A DNA stretch of 64,000 bases, taken from sequence record NC_055712.1. The stretch is one strand, 5' to 3'. This stretch comes from Escherichia phage phT4A. Position 1 is the stretch's first letter, and each line of letters opens with the position of its first letter. The notes beneath the pieces were generated by a model, which was not told the DNA's origin, made no database searches, and saw only the letters and a program-made list of their open reading frames with translations. Positions 1 through 9,047 of the stretch are shown here, one piece after another. The position numbers and the translations under genes are program-made.

Positions 1-129
1 GTTGTTTTTCAGGTGCTGACGAATGCGCGGGAGTTCGTTATACATCGATCCGGATACGTCACAAACAAAAACGTGGTTAGTCGGGGTTGGTTTGGCTACG
101 GCGTTTTTGAATTCAATGTTAGTGATCAT
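1..129 (-). CDS. hypothetical protein, N-terminal fragment with vWA-like MIDAS motif; gene runs off window start
   Basis: ATG at 129 on minus strand, frame open to position 1; translation MITNIEFKNAVAKPTPTNHVFVCDVSGSM contains DxSxS. Confidence 0.3.
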   Translation of the reverse strand, partial: MITNIEFKNAVAKPTPTNHVFVCDVSGSMYNELPRIRQHLKNN

Positions 130-136
130 AATTTTC

Positions 137-457
137 TCATTTATAGGTAAATTTGATTAAAATTTCGTTTACTTTTTTGCTAATTATATCTAATGCATCA
201 TCGCATCCAAACTTACTACTCAACAATGAAACAAAATCATCCATCGTTGTTGTTTGAGACTCGCCAACGTCAAAAGACAGAGCGTAGGCAACAGGATTTT
301 TAATCCTTACGATTTGAATAGTATACTCATTCAGGTCAAACCGTTCAAGATATTTTCGCAAAGAAAATAAATCAATCGGTACTGGTAGAGTTTGACTAAA
401 CGTTATTTCTTCCCCCAGTTGATAGGGGGGCATTTTTACACAGATTTCGTATTCCAT
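137..457 (-). CDS. hypothetical protein
   Basis: 106-aa ORF in tightly packed minus-strand array. Confidence 0.4.
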   Translation of the reverse strand: MEYEICVKMPPYQLGEEITFSQTLPVPIDLFSLRKYLERFDLNEYTIQIVRIKNPVAYALSFDVGESQTTTMDDFVSLLSSKFGCDDALDIISKKVNEILIKFTYK

Positions 458-987
458 CAGTGATGACTCTTCATAGTGTGTTCCAGATTACGGAAAATTT
501 GCCCGTGTTCAAGCTGGGATTGGAATTCTCCGCATTCATCAGAGTAAGTAAATTCATAAATGAATACACCGTCCTGATTGCCAAATTTAGAGTTGTACTC
601 TTCATACAACCACATCTTGATCAGAGCGTCTTTCTCTTCTGTTTCCAGATCATACCAGTCACGCCCATCATAAGCAAGCGCAATTTGAGGATTAGACCGA
701 TATCGAGTTTCGGCGCTATCTTCGGTTTCCCATTCATAACGCTTATCATCATAGTATGATTCGAAGCTATTTCCCATATGACCGCCCAGGTCGCGGTGTA
801 CCTGCTGTACAACTTCTTCCGCTGTCGGGCAAGTCATCCAGCTATAACCACAGTTAGGAACACAGTCACCCATCATTTCGCGGAGATTGTTGATATCAGT
901 CGGATCCTTCGGGAACCGTACAATAAAGCTACTTGATGAACTATTGCTCACAAAACCAGAACGGATTTTCATTATAATTTCTCCCAC
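457..987 (-). CDS. hypothetical protein
   Basis: 176-aa ORF, no recognisable motif. Confidence 0.4.
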   Translation of the reverse strand: MGEIIMKIRSGFVSNSSSSSFIVRFPKDPTDINNLREMMGDCVPNCGYSWMTCPTAEEVVQQVHRDLGGHMGNSFESYYDDKRYEWETEDSAETRYRSNPQIALAYDGRDWYDLETEEKDALIKMWLYEEYNSKFGNQDGVFIYEFTYSDECGEFQSQLEHGQIFRNLEHTMKSHH

Positions 988-1211
988 TCAAACGTTGTGA
1001 AATGTTTTCTTTCGTCATACCCAACAGTACAACAATGTGTTGGCTTTCCTGTGAATCCATCAAACACAGTTATACAATAGTAATGCAAAGATGGAAGCGG
1101 TGTATGCTTAATGTAGTTGATCGCGACGTTCAGGTCAACAGTAGAACATACACAATCAGACGTTTGATCAAAACGGCCATCAAAAATCAACTCAATGCTA
1201 TAGATGTTCAT
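972..1211 (-). CDS. hypothetical small protein
   Basis: 79-aa ORF, Cys-containing. Confidence 0.3.
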   Translation of the reverse strand: MNIYSIELIFDGRFDQTSDCVCSTVDLNVAINYIKHTPLPSLHYYCITVFDGFTGKPTHCCTVGYDERKHFTTFEWEKL

Positions 1212-1500
1212 CTTTCACTTCCTTCATATTTTTCATAACTTCTTCAAAAGTTATAGGGTAAGGAGAAAACGTTATTTGATTAATATTTCTCGATTCCCAC
1301 CGAGTTCTATCTAGTTCTGAGTAGGATATTAACTTACTATTATCCCATACGCTAAAACGAATATTATCTATAGAACCAAGATATGAAAAACAATCATGGT
1401 TGTTTACTGCATCAATACAAACCTGTAGAGATTCAGATACACATATAATTTCGCCCGGTTCATAATCAAGCAATCTTTCTCCGACAAAAATCATAACCAC
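1198..1500 (-). CDS. hypothetical protein
   Basis: 100-aa ORF. Confidence 0.4.
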   Translation of the reverse strand: MVMIFVGERLLDYEPGEIICVSESLQVCIDAVNNHDCFSYLGSIDNIRFSVWDNSKLISYSELDRTRWESRNINQITFSPYPITFEEVMKNMKEVKDEHL

Positions 1501-1661
1501 CCCCTAACAATGCTAACCAGCAGTAAACCCAGGATCCAGAACACGGCAACCGCACAAATACGGGCCATTACTACATTTCCGCGACTAGTCCACTCCGCAC
1601 TAAGAAACAAGAGGACAAACGTTAACGCGTATAAAACCATTTCAATAACTTCGGTAATCAT
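1491..1661 (-). CDS. small hydrophobic membrane protein
   Basis: 56-aa ORF found by hand below the ORF-track cutoff, two hydrophobic stretches. Confidence 0.3.
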   Translation of the reverse strand: MITEVIEMVLYALTFVLLFLSAEWTSRGNVVMARICAVAVFWILGLLLVSIVRGWL

Positions 1662-1673
1662 ATAAACCCCACG

Positions 1674-1694
1674 AAAAAGCCCCTTTCGGGGCTT
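1674..1694 (-). terminator. rho-independent terminator
   Basis: hairpin AAGCCCC-TTTC-GGGGCTT followed by T-run on minus strand, just after ORF 1701-1979. Confidence 0.6.
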
Positions 1695-1700
1695 GATTAA

Positions 1701-1979
1701 TCAATGTCCGAACACACCACGAATAGACTCTGCGAATGCATACAGTTCAGGATTTTTAGCTTTCACTGTTTCGATTTGTTCCAGAATGTAATCTGGCTTG
1801 TATTTCGCACCGAACCAGCAGTAAGAGAAAGAGCGATCCCACATGAACACGTTATAGTATTCACCGTTGCGAACTTCAACCATCACATAACCAGGATTAG
1901 AACCCAGCGGATAATCTTTCAGAAGATTGAATTTCGCGCCAGCACCAGTACATCCGTTAAACAGGTCATTAAAAGTCAT
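1701..1979 (-). CDS. hypothetical protein
   Basis: 92-aa ORF. Confidence 0.45.
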   Translation of the reverse strand: MTFNDLFNGCTGAGAKFNLLKDYPLGSNPGYVMVEVRNGEYYNVFMWDRSFSYCWFGAKYKPDYILEQIETVKAKNPELYAFAESIRGVFGH

Positions 1980-2037
1980 GGTATGTTCCTTTTGTCAGTT
2001 TCGTTTCAACAAGGTCACTATACTATTCTTCGTTAGC

Positions 2038-2571
2038 CTATGCAAGATTTAATTTAGCAAATTCTCCAAAATGTTTTATCGCTTCCTGGTCGTATGCTTT
2101 TGCAGCCTCTAACTCATCACTATAAGAACCGATATGCTTAACCTTACCATCAACCATTATCTGTGCAATGTAACGTATTCCGGTTGGTTGATTGCGTACA
2201 CATACACCCTTGAATATGCTGGTTCCTTCCTTTCGCCGTTTCCTGTTCTGAGAGTTGCGGGATTGGTTCGCTTCGCGCAAGTTATCAATCCCGTCACCAG
2301 CCTCAACACCATTTTTGTGATCAATCACATCAGGTAGTTTTCCGGTCGCAACGTAGTAGATGATTCGATGGCGTAGATACCCTTTGCTTTTGAAATAAAC
2401 GCGTGTATATCCTCCTTTGATCTTCGAACCAACTTCCTTTCCGATCAAGTCGGAACGTTTATGCGATGTTCGTATAATCTTTCCTGTGTGGACATCAACA
2501 GAAACAGTTTTGAGGAATTCATCAATTCCTCTCTGTTCTTCTTCAACTGTTCTTAATCCATTATGTGACAT
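2038..2571 (-). CDS. HNH homing endonuclease with C-terminal AP2 DNA-binding domain
   Basis: HNH core LRHRIIYYV...VIDHKNGVEAGDGIDNLREAN; AP2-like GVCVRNQPTGIRYIAQI..GKVKHIGSYSDELEAAKAYDQEA; overlaps 3' end of the methyltransferase gene. Confidence 0.75.
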   Translation of the reverse strand: MSHNGLRTVEEEQRGIDEFLKTVSVDVHTGKIIRTSHKRSDLIGKEVGSKIKGGYTRVYFKSKGYLRHRIIYYVATGKLPDVIDHKNGVEAGDGIDNLREANQSRNSQNRKRRKEGTSIFKGVCVRNQPTGIRYIAQIMVDGKVKHIGSYSDELEAAKAYDQEAIKHFGEFAKLNLA

Positions 2572-3476
2572 AACGCCTTCTTAATTTGTTTTGCTATGGC
2601 TTCAATCACTGGGATGGAAACTGAATTCCCAGCCTGTTTGTAAGCCTGTATTTTGCTTTCAGGGATGATAAACGAATCCGGAAACCCTTGTAACCTAAAA
2701 CATTCTCGCGGGCTTAATCTTCTAGGGTTCTTACCTTCCTGTAATACCAGACATTGAACACCGTCCTTTCCATATTGGGCTGTTATCGTCCCAGTACACA
2801 CAGAATCCACCATAACGGCCTGATAACCAAACCCCTTGCCGTTTGCCTTGTTTCGTTCTTTACGCTCTCTAAAGCCCTTCCAGGCACGATCTGATATGGT
2901 GTATTGATCATTATCCGGTTCGAGAATGTCACCGACCCTTGTTGGGGTACGTGGAGGAACAGGAAAACTAAAGAACACTGGATCGCGAAAGCAGACAATA
3001 AACACACGCTCTCTTCGTTGAGGCAATCCAAAATCTTTTGTATTCATTACCTGATAATGGATATCGTATCCTTCGTCCTGTAACAGCCTGTAGATGGTTT
3101 TAAACGTGTTTCCCTTGTCATGGGTTAATAGCTGGGGAACATTCTCAAAGAACAGCACAGAGGGCTTTTTAGCCCGTATAATGCGGAGTATTTCAAAGAT
3201 GATAGTACCGCGAGGATCTAACATGCCCTGTTTTAAACCTGCTTTACTGAACGCCTGACAAGGAAACCCAGCTAACAGGATATCATGATCAGGCACATCA
3301 TTTTCATCAATGGCGAATATATCACCCTGAATATTTTCATCGCCCCAGTTATCAGCATATGTTTGTTGTGCATGTTTATCGATTTCAGACGTTAAAAGGC
3401 ATTCGACCCCGCCGAATGCCTTATCGAAACCGAGCCTCACGCCACCAACACCAGCGCAAAGGTCAATTATTTTCAT
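2553..3476 (-). CDS. DNA (cytosine-5)-methyltransferase
   Basis: motif I DLCAGVGG, motif IV PCQAFS (catalytic Cys), motif VI ENV, 307 aa. Confidence 0.9.
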   Translation of the reverse strand: MKIIDLCAGVGGVRLGFDKAFGGVECLLTSEIDKHAQQTYADNWGDENIQGDIFAIDENDVPDHDILLAGFPCQAFSKAGLKQGMLDPRGTIIFEILRIIRAKKPSVLFFENVPQLLTHDKGNTFKTIYRLLQDEGYDIHYQVMNTKDFGLPQRRERVFIVCFRDPVFFSFPVPPRTPTRVGDILEPDNDQYTISDRAWKGFRERKERNKANGKGFGYQAVMVDSVCTGTITAQYGKDGVQCLVLQEGKNPRRLSPRECFRLQGFPDSFIIPESKIQAYKQAGNSVSIPVIEAIAKQIKKALCHIMD

Positions 3477-3739
3477 ACGTCGAAATCAACCTCATCGATT
3501 TTGTATGATTCTTCGCCAATATCAGCCCATAGCTGAATATTCACGCTTTTCGCATCACGATAAAGAGATTGACCACAAAGCCCACCTGTATAACAAGTTT
3601 CTGTAATCTCGTTAACTTCCAGGCGGAGGCTATTGCGCATAATTTTAACAACAGCCTTTTCCATTGCAGAATCCAGGGTTTTAGTATCACCCAATACTAC
3701 ATCTTTAACGTTCAAAATAACATCACTCATTATCGCCAC
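3473..3739 (-). CDS. hypothetical protein
   Basis: 88-aa ORF, start overlaps upstream stop. Confidence 0.4.
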   Translation of the reverse strand: MAIMSDVILNVKDVVLGDTKTLDSAMEKAVVKIMRNSLRLEVNEITETCYTGGLCGQSLYRDAKSVNIQLWADIGEESYKIDEVDFDV

Positions 3740-3975
3740 TCCGTTTCAATTCCGTGTTTGTATGCGTCAACGCCCAGAGGGGTGATCACTAAACACATAT
3801 CAGTATTTTTCGTTGGTGAACTAAACGCCATAGATGCATAACCTTTTTGAATCAGGGCATCACGCCCCGATTTACTGGGAACATCGTTGAAATCTAAATC
3901 CAACATTTTTGACGAGTATCTGTAAAGTTTACACAGAACATCAATTTCAGCGCCGGATAATTTCGGGTATGTCAT
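3730..3975 (-). CDS. hypothetical protein
   Basis: 81-aa ORF. Confidence 0.4.
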   Translation of the reverse strand: MTYPKLSGAEIDVLCKLYRYSSKMLDLDFNDVPSKSGRDALIQKGYASMAFSSPTKNTDMCLVITPLGVDAYKHGIETEWR

Positions 3976-4739
3976 TTGTAGTACCTCACAACATGTTCAG
4001 AATACACACGTTCAATGAAATCATTCCAGAAATCGCGATCAACTTCTTTCGGATAACCAGATACAGCCGCCAGCTTTTCAACTTCACACATCGTTGATTC
4101 TAGCGCCTCTTGTACGGTTGCGAAAGGAACACCGCCAGCTTTAACCATTTTCAAAAATGCGCTATCCGGAAGAGGATACACAATATCACCTTCTTTGAAA
4201 ATCTGGATCAATTGCATACCACCGCGCAACGCATGAGAAAGAGCTTTCCAGTCGATCCCGTTGTTGGCTTCTGCTTGCCGTGCGCGTTCCCCGTATTCAT
4301 CCCAGAGTTTATACACGGATTTCTTCATTTCCGCTACAGTGATCGTAGACTGGAATTTACGCCCCAGAACTTCATAAAATTCCTGACAACCTGATTTCAG
4401 TGTTTTGTCTGTAACGAATCGACAAAACTCATTGGTCGGGAATCGGTTAGAAATCTCACCAACTTTGATGCGCTTGCCGTAATTAGATTCATCCACGTTA
4501 CCCAGCAATGATGTACCATACCAGTAATCGGGAATCATTTGTAACACATCAACAACTTCACGCAGTGCCGCCAGGCGAGAACCTTTAACACCATACTTCG
4601 CCGCTTGCTTACGAACATAACCAAACAGGCCAGTTAATTCCGTAGTGTAGAAGCGCGAACGGTTAGCGCGGAGATATTGCCAGATATCAGAGTTAGCGAT
4701 CAGCTTGCTATCATCTGCATGAAGCATATCAATCGCCAC
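3972..4739 (-). CDS. hypothetical protein (5' boundary uncertain, assembly gap upstream)
   Basis: 255-aa ORF; upstream region runs into N-gap 4941-5040. Confidence 0.45.
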   Translation of the reverse strand: MAIDMLHADDSKLIANSDIWQYLRANRSRFYTTELTGLFGYVRKQAAKYGVKGSRLAALREVVDVLQMIPDYWYGTSLLGNVDESNYGKRIKVGEISNRFPTNEFCRFVTDKTLKSGCQEFYEVLGRKFQSTITVAEMKKSVYKLWDEYGERARQAEANNGIDWKALSHALRGGMQLIQIFKEGDIVYPLPDSAFLKMVKAGGVPFATVQEALESTMCEVEKLAAVSGYPKEVDRDFWNDFIERVYSEHVVRYYK

Positions 4740-4940
4740 GGTATCACCATCACATGCGAGGCTAATAAACTTTTGCAGACTGTAAATCTGACGATCTACG
4801 TCATTAACATCGTTCTTTGAGTTTTTATCACCAGTTGATGTATCGATAGACTTCTTCGCAGTGCCTAACAGGATTTCGCGAGGATGAGGGAGATAGATCC
4901 CTTTGTAGTCTTTATCGCTTGTTGGTGTTTCCAGTCCGTA

Positions 4941-5040
4941 NNNNNNNNNNNNNNNNNNNNNNNNNNNNNNNNNNNNNNNNNNNNNNNNNNNNNNNNNNNN
5001 NNNNNNNNNNNNNNNNNNNNNNNNNNNNNNNNNNNNNNNN
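4941..5040. other. assembly gap (100 N)
   Basis: run of exactly 100 n. Confidence 0.99.
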
Positions 5041-5410
5041 CTACATGGGTAACAATACCATCAACAGCAGAACGAGAATTAACATAAATTTTGCTAATCT
5101 CCGCCATGAAAACACTATCTCTCAGATATCGAGCAGTCACTTTATCTAAACACTGAGAAGATACTTTATCTCCGCCAGGATATACTGAGATAATCATTAC
5201 ATGACCCTGAACACGAGCGGTTCCTACTTTATGCAGAATGTAAACCATCGAACCATCAGAATCTTTAGATACAAGGATCACACTGAAAGATTCTTTGTGT
5301 TGCTTCCGAGTTTCTCCACAAGTAAAAGATACTTCCAGAAAATCACCAACTTTAACACCACGGGGTTTTGCTACTTGTTCACGAACACTAATAACAGGGA
5401 TCATAATCAT
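5041..5410 (-). CDS. hypothetical protein, 3' end lost in gap
   Basis: ORF open from ATG at 5410 into N-run. Confidence 0.35.
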
Positions 5411-5679
5411 TTCCTCACAGTTTCAAATTCTTCATCAGATTTCCAATATACGTTAAAATTACGACAATCGTGTTCGGATGTCAACGTGTATTTTTCATTT
5501 GTTTTTTCGTCAGTGATAACCATAGTTTCATTCTCGATCGAGTTAACACCGTAAACGAAAACATTCTCACCACGTTTGTTTAAAAACGCATCACCCTTTT
5601 CAATCAACTGCCAACAGGTAACAGGCAAACCACCCGGACTAACCGGGCGGGTAACAAGACAATAGGGATGTTTAATCAT
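5407..5679 (-). CDS. hypothetical protein
   Basis: 90-aa ORF. Confidence 0.4.
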   Translation of the reverse strand: MIKHPYCLVTRPVSPGGLPVTCWQLIEKGDAFLNKRGENVFVYGVNSIENETMVITDEKTNEKYTLTSEHDCRNFNVYWKSDEEFETVRK

Positions 5680-5870
5680 TTAAATTCTTCCATTGCATAG
5701 GAAGTAAGATCTTTGAAATACCTTGCGGTGTTGCCTTCTGGGTTGTTTGTAATCTCCATCAGGATAACAGCACTATCAACTCCTGCTTTCTTAGCCATGA
5801 ATGAAAGGGCTTCGGTAGCAATAATCGTTGCTTTCATAACATCAGCTTTAGAAACGTTGATTGTATTCAT
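5676..5870 (-). CDS. hypothetical protein
   Basis: 64-aa ORF immediately downstream of PeSL-like cassette. Confidence 0.4.
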   Translation of the reverse strand: MNTINVSKADVMKATIIATEALSFMAKKAGVDSAVILMEITNNPEGNTARYFKDLTSYAMEEFK

Positions 5871-5895
5871 TTTTCTTCCTTTTCATTAATCACTT

Positions 5896-5945
5896 GGTAT
5901 GTGTGTATAATACAAAAGCCCTCACGAGAACGCAAGGGCTTTTTA
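5896..5945 (-). promoter_or_regulatory. PeSL-like early promoter-stem-loop cassette
   Basis: minus strand TTGCGT-17nt-TATTAT with GC hairpin GCCCTTGCG..GTGAGGGC in -35/spacer, followed by ACACACAT leader. Confidence 0.55.
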
Positions 5946-5977
5946 TTAAATTTCGTATAAATCTGGATTCACAATAA

Positions 5978-6007
5978 CCGCACATAAAAGATCATCTATA
6001 TGTGCGG
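5978..6007 (-). terminator. stem-loop terminator after Nudix/NMNAT genes
   Basis: perfect 9-bp stem CCGCACATA/TATGTGCGG. Confidence 0.5.
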
Positions 6008-6043
6008 CTTCTTGTTCTAAGGTTTGCTTAGATGAATGTGCTT

Positions 6044-6622
6044 TCAAGCAACCCCCGTAAAGGCGTTTACTATCTGGAAATGATCATCGAAGAATTCCCC
6101 TTGTCGTTGCACGACCTCATGCATAGGTAGCCAGAACGCGTCTGCTGCATCATCAGCACCGCCCATGATACGAGGCAATGAACCATCGTTATTAGGTTCG
6201 AGCTTGATATACTGTGCTACAGTCGGTTTTGAGAAGTACACCGAACGTTTCGGATGATCGAACAGCATCGAATTACGGATAGAACCACGAATAACCTTTT
6301 CAGGTACTTTAATTCGTACTTCTTCCAGTAATTCACGGATCGCACAATCAAGGAACGTTTCGTTACCGTTTTTGTGTCCACCCGGAAGCGCTAACGCATC
6401 TTTACCAGGCGCAAACTTACGACGGATTACTAACACGTGGTTATTACATACGACCACTGAATCAGCCGTGCAACAGTTCAGAGAATCCGGATACGGATAT
6501 TTTTTGAACTTGTCAATCTCTCGTTGCCAGTGCGCATCTTCATGGGACAAACGCTGGAATTCTTTTGTTTGTGTCCATTCATCGATAAAGGAAACCGTAG
6601 TGCTAGGCGCATATTTTAACAA
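6044..6622 (-). CDS. Nudix hydrolase domain protein (probably C-terminal half of a NatV-like NMNAT-Nudix fusion)
   Basis: Nudix box GGHKNGNETFLDCAIRELLEEV; no ATG start (ORF track begins at TTG); reading frame open across stop of upstream NMNAT ORF. Confidence 0.7.
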   Translation of the reverse strand: MLKYAPSTTVSFIDEWTQTKEFQRLSHEDAHWQREIDKFKKYPYPDSLNCCTADSVVVCNNHVLVIRRKFAPGKDALALPGGHKNGNETFLDCAIRELLEEVRIKVPEKVIRGSIRNSMLFDHPKRSVYFSKPTVAQYIKLEPNNDGSLPRIMGGADDAADAFWLPMHEVVQRQGEFFDDHFQIVNAFTGVA

Positions 6623-7116
6623 ATCTTCGTCCCAGCTTCATGGTGTTCCCAGATAATTTTGCGTAAATTGGTCGAGGACAGATCCTGGTCTCCAACCTTC
6701 ACAGATTCAACCGGAATATGATTCCATCCGAATGCTTTAAGCCAGTAAGAATCTTTGTCTTTTTCGTACCCGACGATCGCAATTCGGTCATTTCGAGTTT
6801 CATCGATTGCCATACGAACACGGGATTTCCATTTTTCCTCGTTATAGAGATAATCCGGAATGTGAGCGAATTTGATTCTGGCTGCATCTTCAACATCAAG
6901 TTTGCAGATAGACCAGCGAGTGATCATTGCTTGACGCTGTTTAGCGGTCAATGGGTTTAATGTGTTCGGATATGCATAAGCAGAACCGATCAGAATGTAA
7001 ACCGTATCAGCAACAGCAAGGGCTTCCCTTACCATTTTCTCATGACCATAGTGAAAAGGTTGAAAACGTCCAATTACTACAGCTTTATCATATTTGTGTT
7101 TCATAACGTGCTCCAC
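6616..7116 (-). CDS. nicotinamide/nicotinate mononucleotide adenylyltransferase-like (NMNAT)
   Basis: HxGH motif VVIGRFQPFHYGH and C-terminal SxTxxR motif SSTNLRK. Confidence 0.7.
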   Translation of the reverse strand: MEHVMKHKYDKAVVIGRFQPFHYGHEKMVREALAVADTVYILIGSAYAYPNTLNPLTAKQRQAMITRWSICKLDVEDAARIKFAHIPDYLYNEEKWKSRVRMAIDETRNDRIAIVGYEKDKDSYWLKAFGWNHIPVESVKVGDQDLSSTNLRKIIWEHHEAGTKIC

Positions 7117-7253
7117 GTTTAAAGGTTAATCATAAAACAGACGCAATTATTAAAACACCAAACAATCCACCAATGAAACCAAAGAATAGTGAAATGAGTA
7201 TTGTCAATACGATCTGTTTTATGTTCATTATAGTATTCTCGTTTTAGATGTCA

Positions 7254-7272
7254 AGCCCCCAAAGAGGGGGCT
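7254..7272 (-). terminator. GC-rich hairpin after SPFH gene
   Basis: AGCCCCC-AAAGA-GGGGGCT; weak T-run. Confidence 0.45.
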
Positions 7273-7280
7273 TTAAAACA

Positions 7281-8207
7281 TTATTTACGAGAATCGAAAA
7301 TCACTTTACCCGCATAATCCGAACCCATTACAGTTTGAGGTACGCCACCTTTATAGCGGGTAGAGTAGTTCATCTGTACATCCAGTTCTTTCCAGCGGAT
7401 CATTTCCGGTGTAATGGTGCGTTGCAGGGCGGCGTTGGCTTCTGCTTCTTTCTTCGCTGCATACAGACGGGCATCAGCATCACGTTCGTTAGCGATTGCA
7501 GCGTTTTCACGCGCCTGGCGATCGGCTTCCGCTTGTTTTACTGCTTGTAATGAAGTCTGTTCTACTTTTTGCAGTTCAGCTTTAGCAGCGTTAACCTGTT
7601 CTTCGCGGATCTTCGTGTTAGTTACCTGTTCCATGATAACTTCCGGCAGGGTGATATCCTGCAAGAATACCTGTTTCACAGTGTAACCGTAAGGCCGTGC
7701 ATAATCTTCTACTTCCTGCTGAATTGCGATTTGCAGTTGGTTTTGGATCTTCGCATCAAACAGGTCTTGCGCTTTTGGTACGGATTTACCAAATTCGCGA
7801 ACAGTGGAAAGCAGTTTTTCAGTTACATACTTATCCAGTGCCTGATCCTGATTACCCGCGTTGATACGGTTGATCGGTGCTTTGCTACCGTCGAATTGCA
7901 GCATTACGGTCATATCCACAGTGGATTTAAATTTATCCTGGGACGGAACCTGTAATTTGTCGAACTTCATCGCGATGTCTTTGGTGCTGAACGTATCAAA
8001 CGTTGCCAGCGGGTTTACAATGTGGAAACCAGGCAGTACGGGTTTCGGTGATACTTTACCCATGAAGGTTTCAGTTTTAACCGTACCGTCTTGCACAATG
8101 GTATACATGTTAGGCACTAACCACAGTGCTGCGACTACGCCCAGAGCGATCAGAGAGGTTTTCTTCGGGTTGTTCACGATAGTGTTTAAGTTCATCATAA
8201 TTTCCAT
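7281..8207 (-). CDS. SPFH/band-7 (HflK/C-stomatin-prohibitin-like) membrane protein
   Basis: N-terminal TM helix SLIALGVVAALWLV, SPFH-like core, Ala/Gln/Glu-rich coiled coil AKAELQKVEQTSLQAVKQAEADRQARENAAIANERDADARLYAAKKEAEANAALQR. Confidence 0.65.
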   Translation of the reverse strand: MEIMMNLNTIVNNPKKTSLIALGVVAALWLVPNMYTIVQDGTVKTETFMGKVSPKPVLPGFHIVNPLATFDTFSTKDIAMKFDKLQVPSQDKFKSTVDMTVMLQFDGSKAPINRINAGNQDQALDKYVTEKLLSTVREFGKSVPKAQDLFDAKIQNQLQIAIQQEVEDYARPYGYTVKQVFLQDITLPEVIMEQVTNTKIREEQVNAAKAELQKVEQTSLQAVKQAEADRQARENAAIANERDADARLYAAKKEAEANAALQRTITPEMIRWKELDVQMNYSTRYKGGVPQTVMGSDYAGKVIFDSRK

Positions 8208-8266
8208 AAGTTGTTGTTCAATTCGATAGTTATTCTATCATCACATTTCACGCTGTCAAACTATTT

Positions 8267-8650
8267 TTAAGAAAGTTTTGTCAGCTTGTAGATTGTTTGA
8301 TAGCACAAGCCCTTAATCTCGTCCAGGATGTTCTTCAAAGAACTATCTACTGATTCGTAGATCTCGTTTGCTTCGTTGGCTATTTTACGGAGATACGCCA
8401 CCGTGTCAAGCACATTTTCGGTTTTTAGCACAGGTTTGTATCTTCCCGTGATTCCTATGTGGATTTCGGTGAATTTATCAACCAAATCCTGCATATCTTC
8501 GTAAAAACCCTCATATGCTTTATGTTGTGAGTATGAACCTGTTGCAAAATGTGCGCTATGCATATAGGTAACGGACATAAGGCACATGCCAATAAAGGCA
8601 TCTATCTTGCTTGAGTTCTCAGATTCTGTAATTTGTTTAAATGATTGCAT
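8267..8650 (-). CDS. hypothetical protein
   Basis: start moved to MQSFKQ with AAGGGA RBS. Confidence 0.4.
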   Translation of the reverse strand: MQSFKQITESENSSKIDAFIGMCLMSVTYMHSAHFATGSYSQHKAYEGFYEDMQDLVDKFTEIHIGITGRYKPVLKTENVLDTVAYLRKIANEANEIYESVDSSLKNILDEIKGLCYQTIYKLTKLS

Positions 8651-8660
8651 GATGATCCCT

Positions 8661-8963
8661 TTATGAACGATGGATACTTGCAAACTCATACGCGACCCTG
8701 ATTCCTAGCTTTGCGCATTCGGATTCAGATCGGCATTGTTTTTGGTGCCATTTTCGTTCCATGTAGTTGTAGAATAGTTCGCTTGTATTTACGCTGGGAG
8801 GGATCGTTGTGATGTATACTTGAAGGGCCGCATTAATATAATCGTCAAATTCTTTCTGAACCGGACGGTCGGCGGCGTGTGTTGTGGGTGTCATCATCAA
8901 CAATCCGAACAGCACAGCCATTGATATGCGTTTAATGTTCATAACAATTACTCTTTTACTCAT
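8661..8963 (-). CDS. secreted/periplasmic protein with signal peptide
   Basis: N-terminus MNIKRISMAVLFGLLMMTPTTHA-ADRP, AxA-type cleavage site. Confidence 0.45.
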   Translation of the reverse strand: MSKRVIVMNIKRISMAVLFGLLMMTPTTHAADRPVQKEFDDYINAALQVYITTIPPSVNTSELFYNYMERKWHQKQCRSESECAKLGIRVAYEFASIHRS

Positions 8964-8991
8964 AGACCCACTATAGGTCTACTCCTGTATA

Positions 8992-8999
8992 TATTTATA
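8992..8999 (-). promoter_or_regulatory. T4-type late promoter TATAAATA
   Basis: exact TATAAATA on minus strand about 29 nt upstream of ATG at 8963. Confidence 0.55.
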
Positions 9000-9047
9000 G
9001 CAAAAACGAGGCCAAGCCTCGTTATAATATTTTTGCTGTAAAGTCAA

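Noticed and set aside
4941-5040. Two N-runs (4941-5040 and 37338-37437) as biological features
   Set aside because: Exactly 100 N each; these are scaffold gap placeholders, and ORFs called across them are unreliable.
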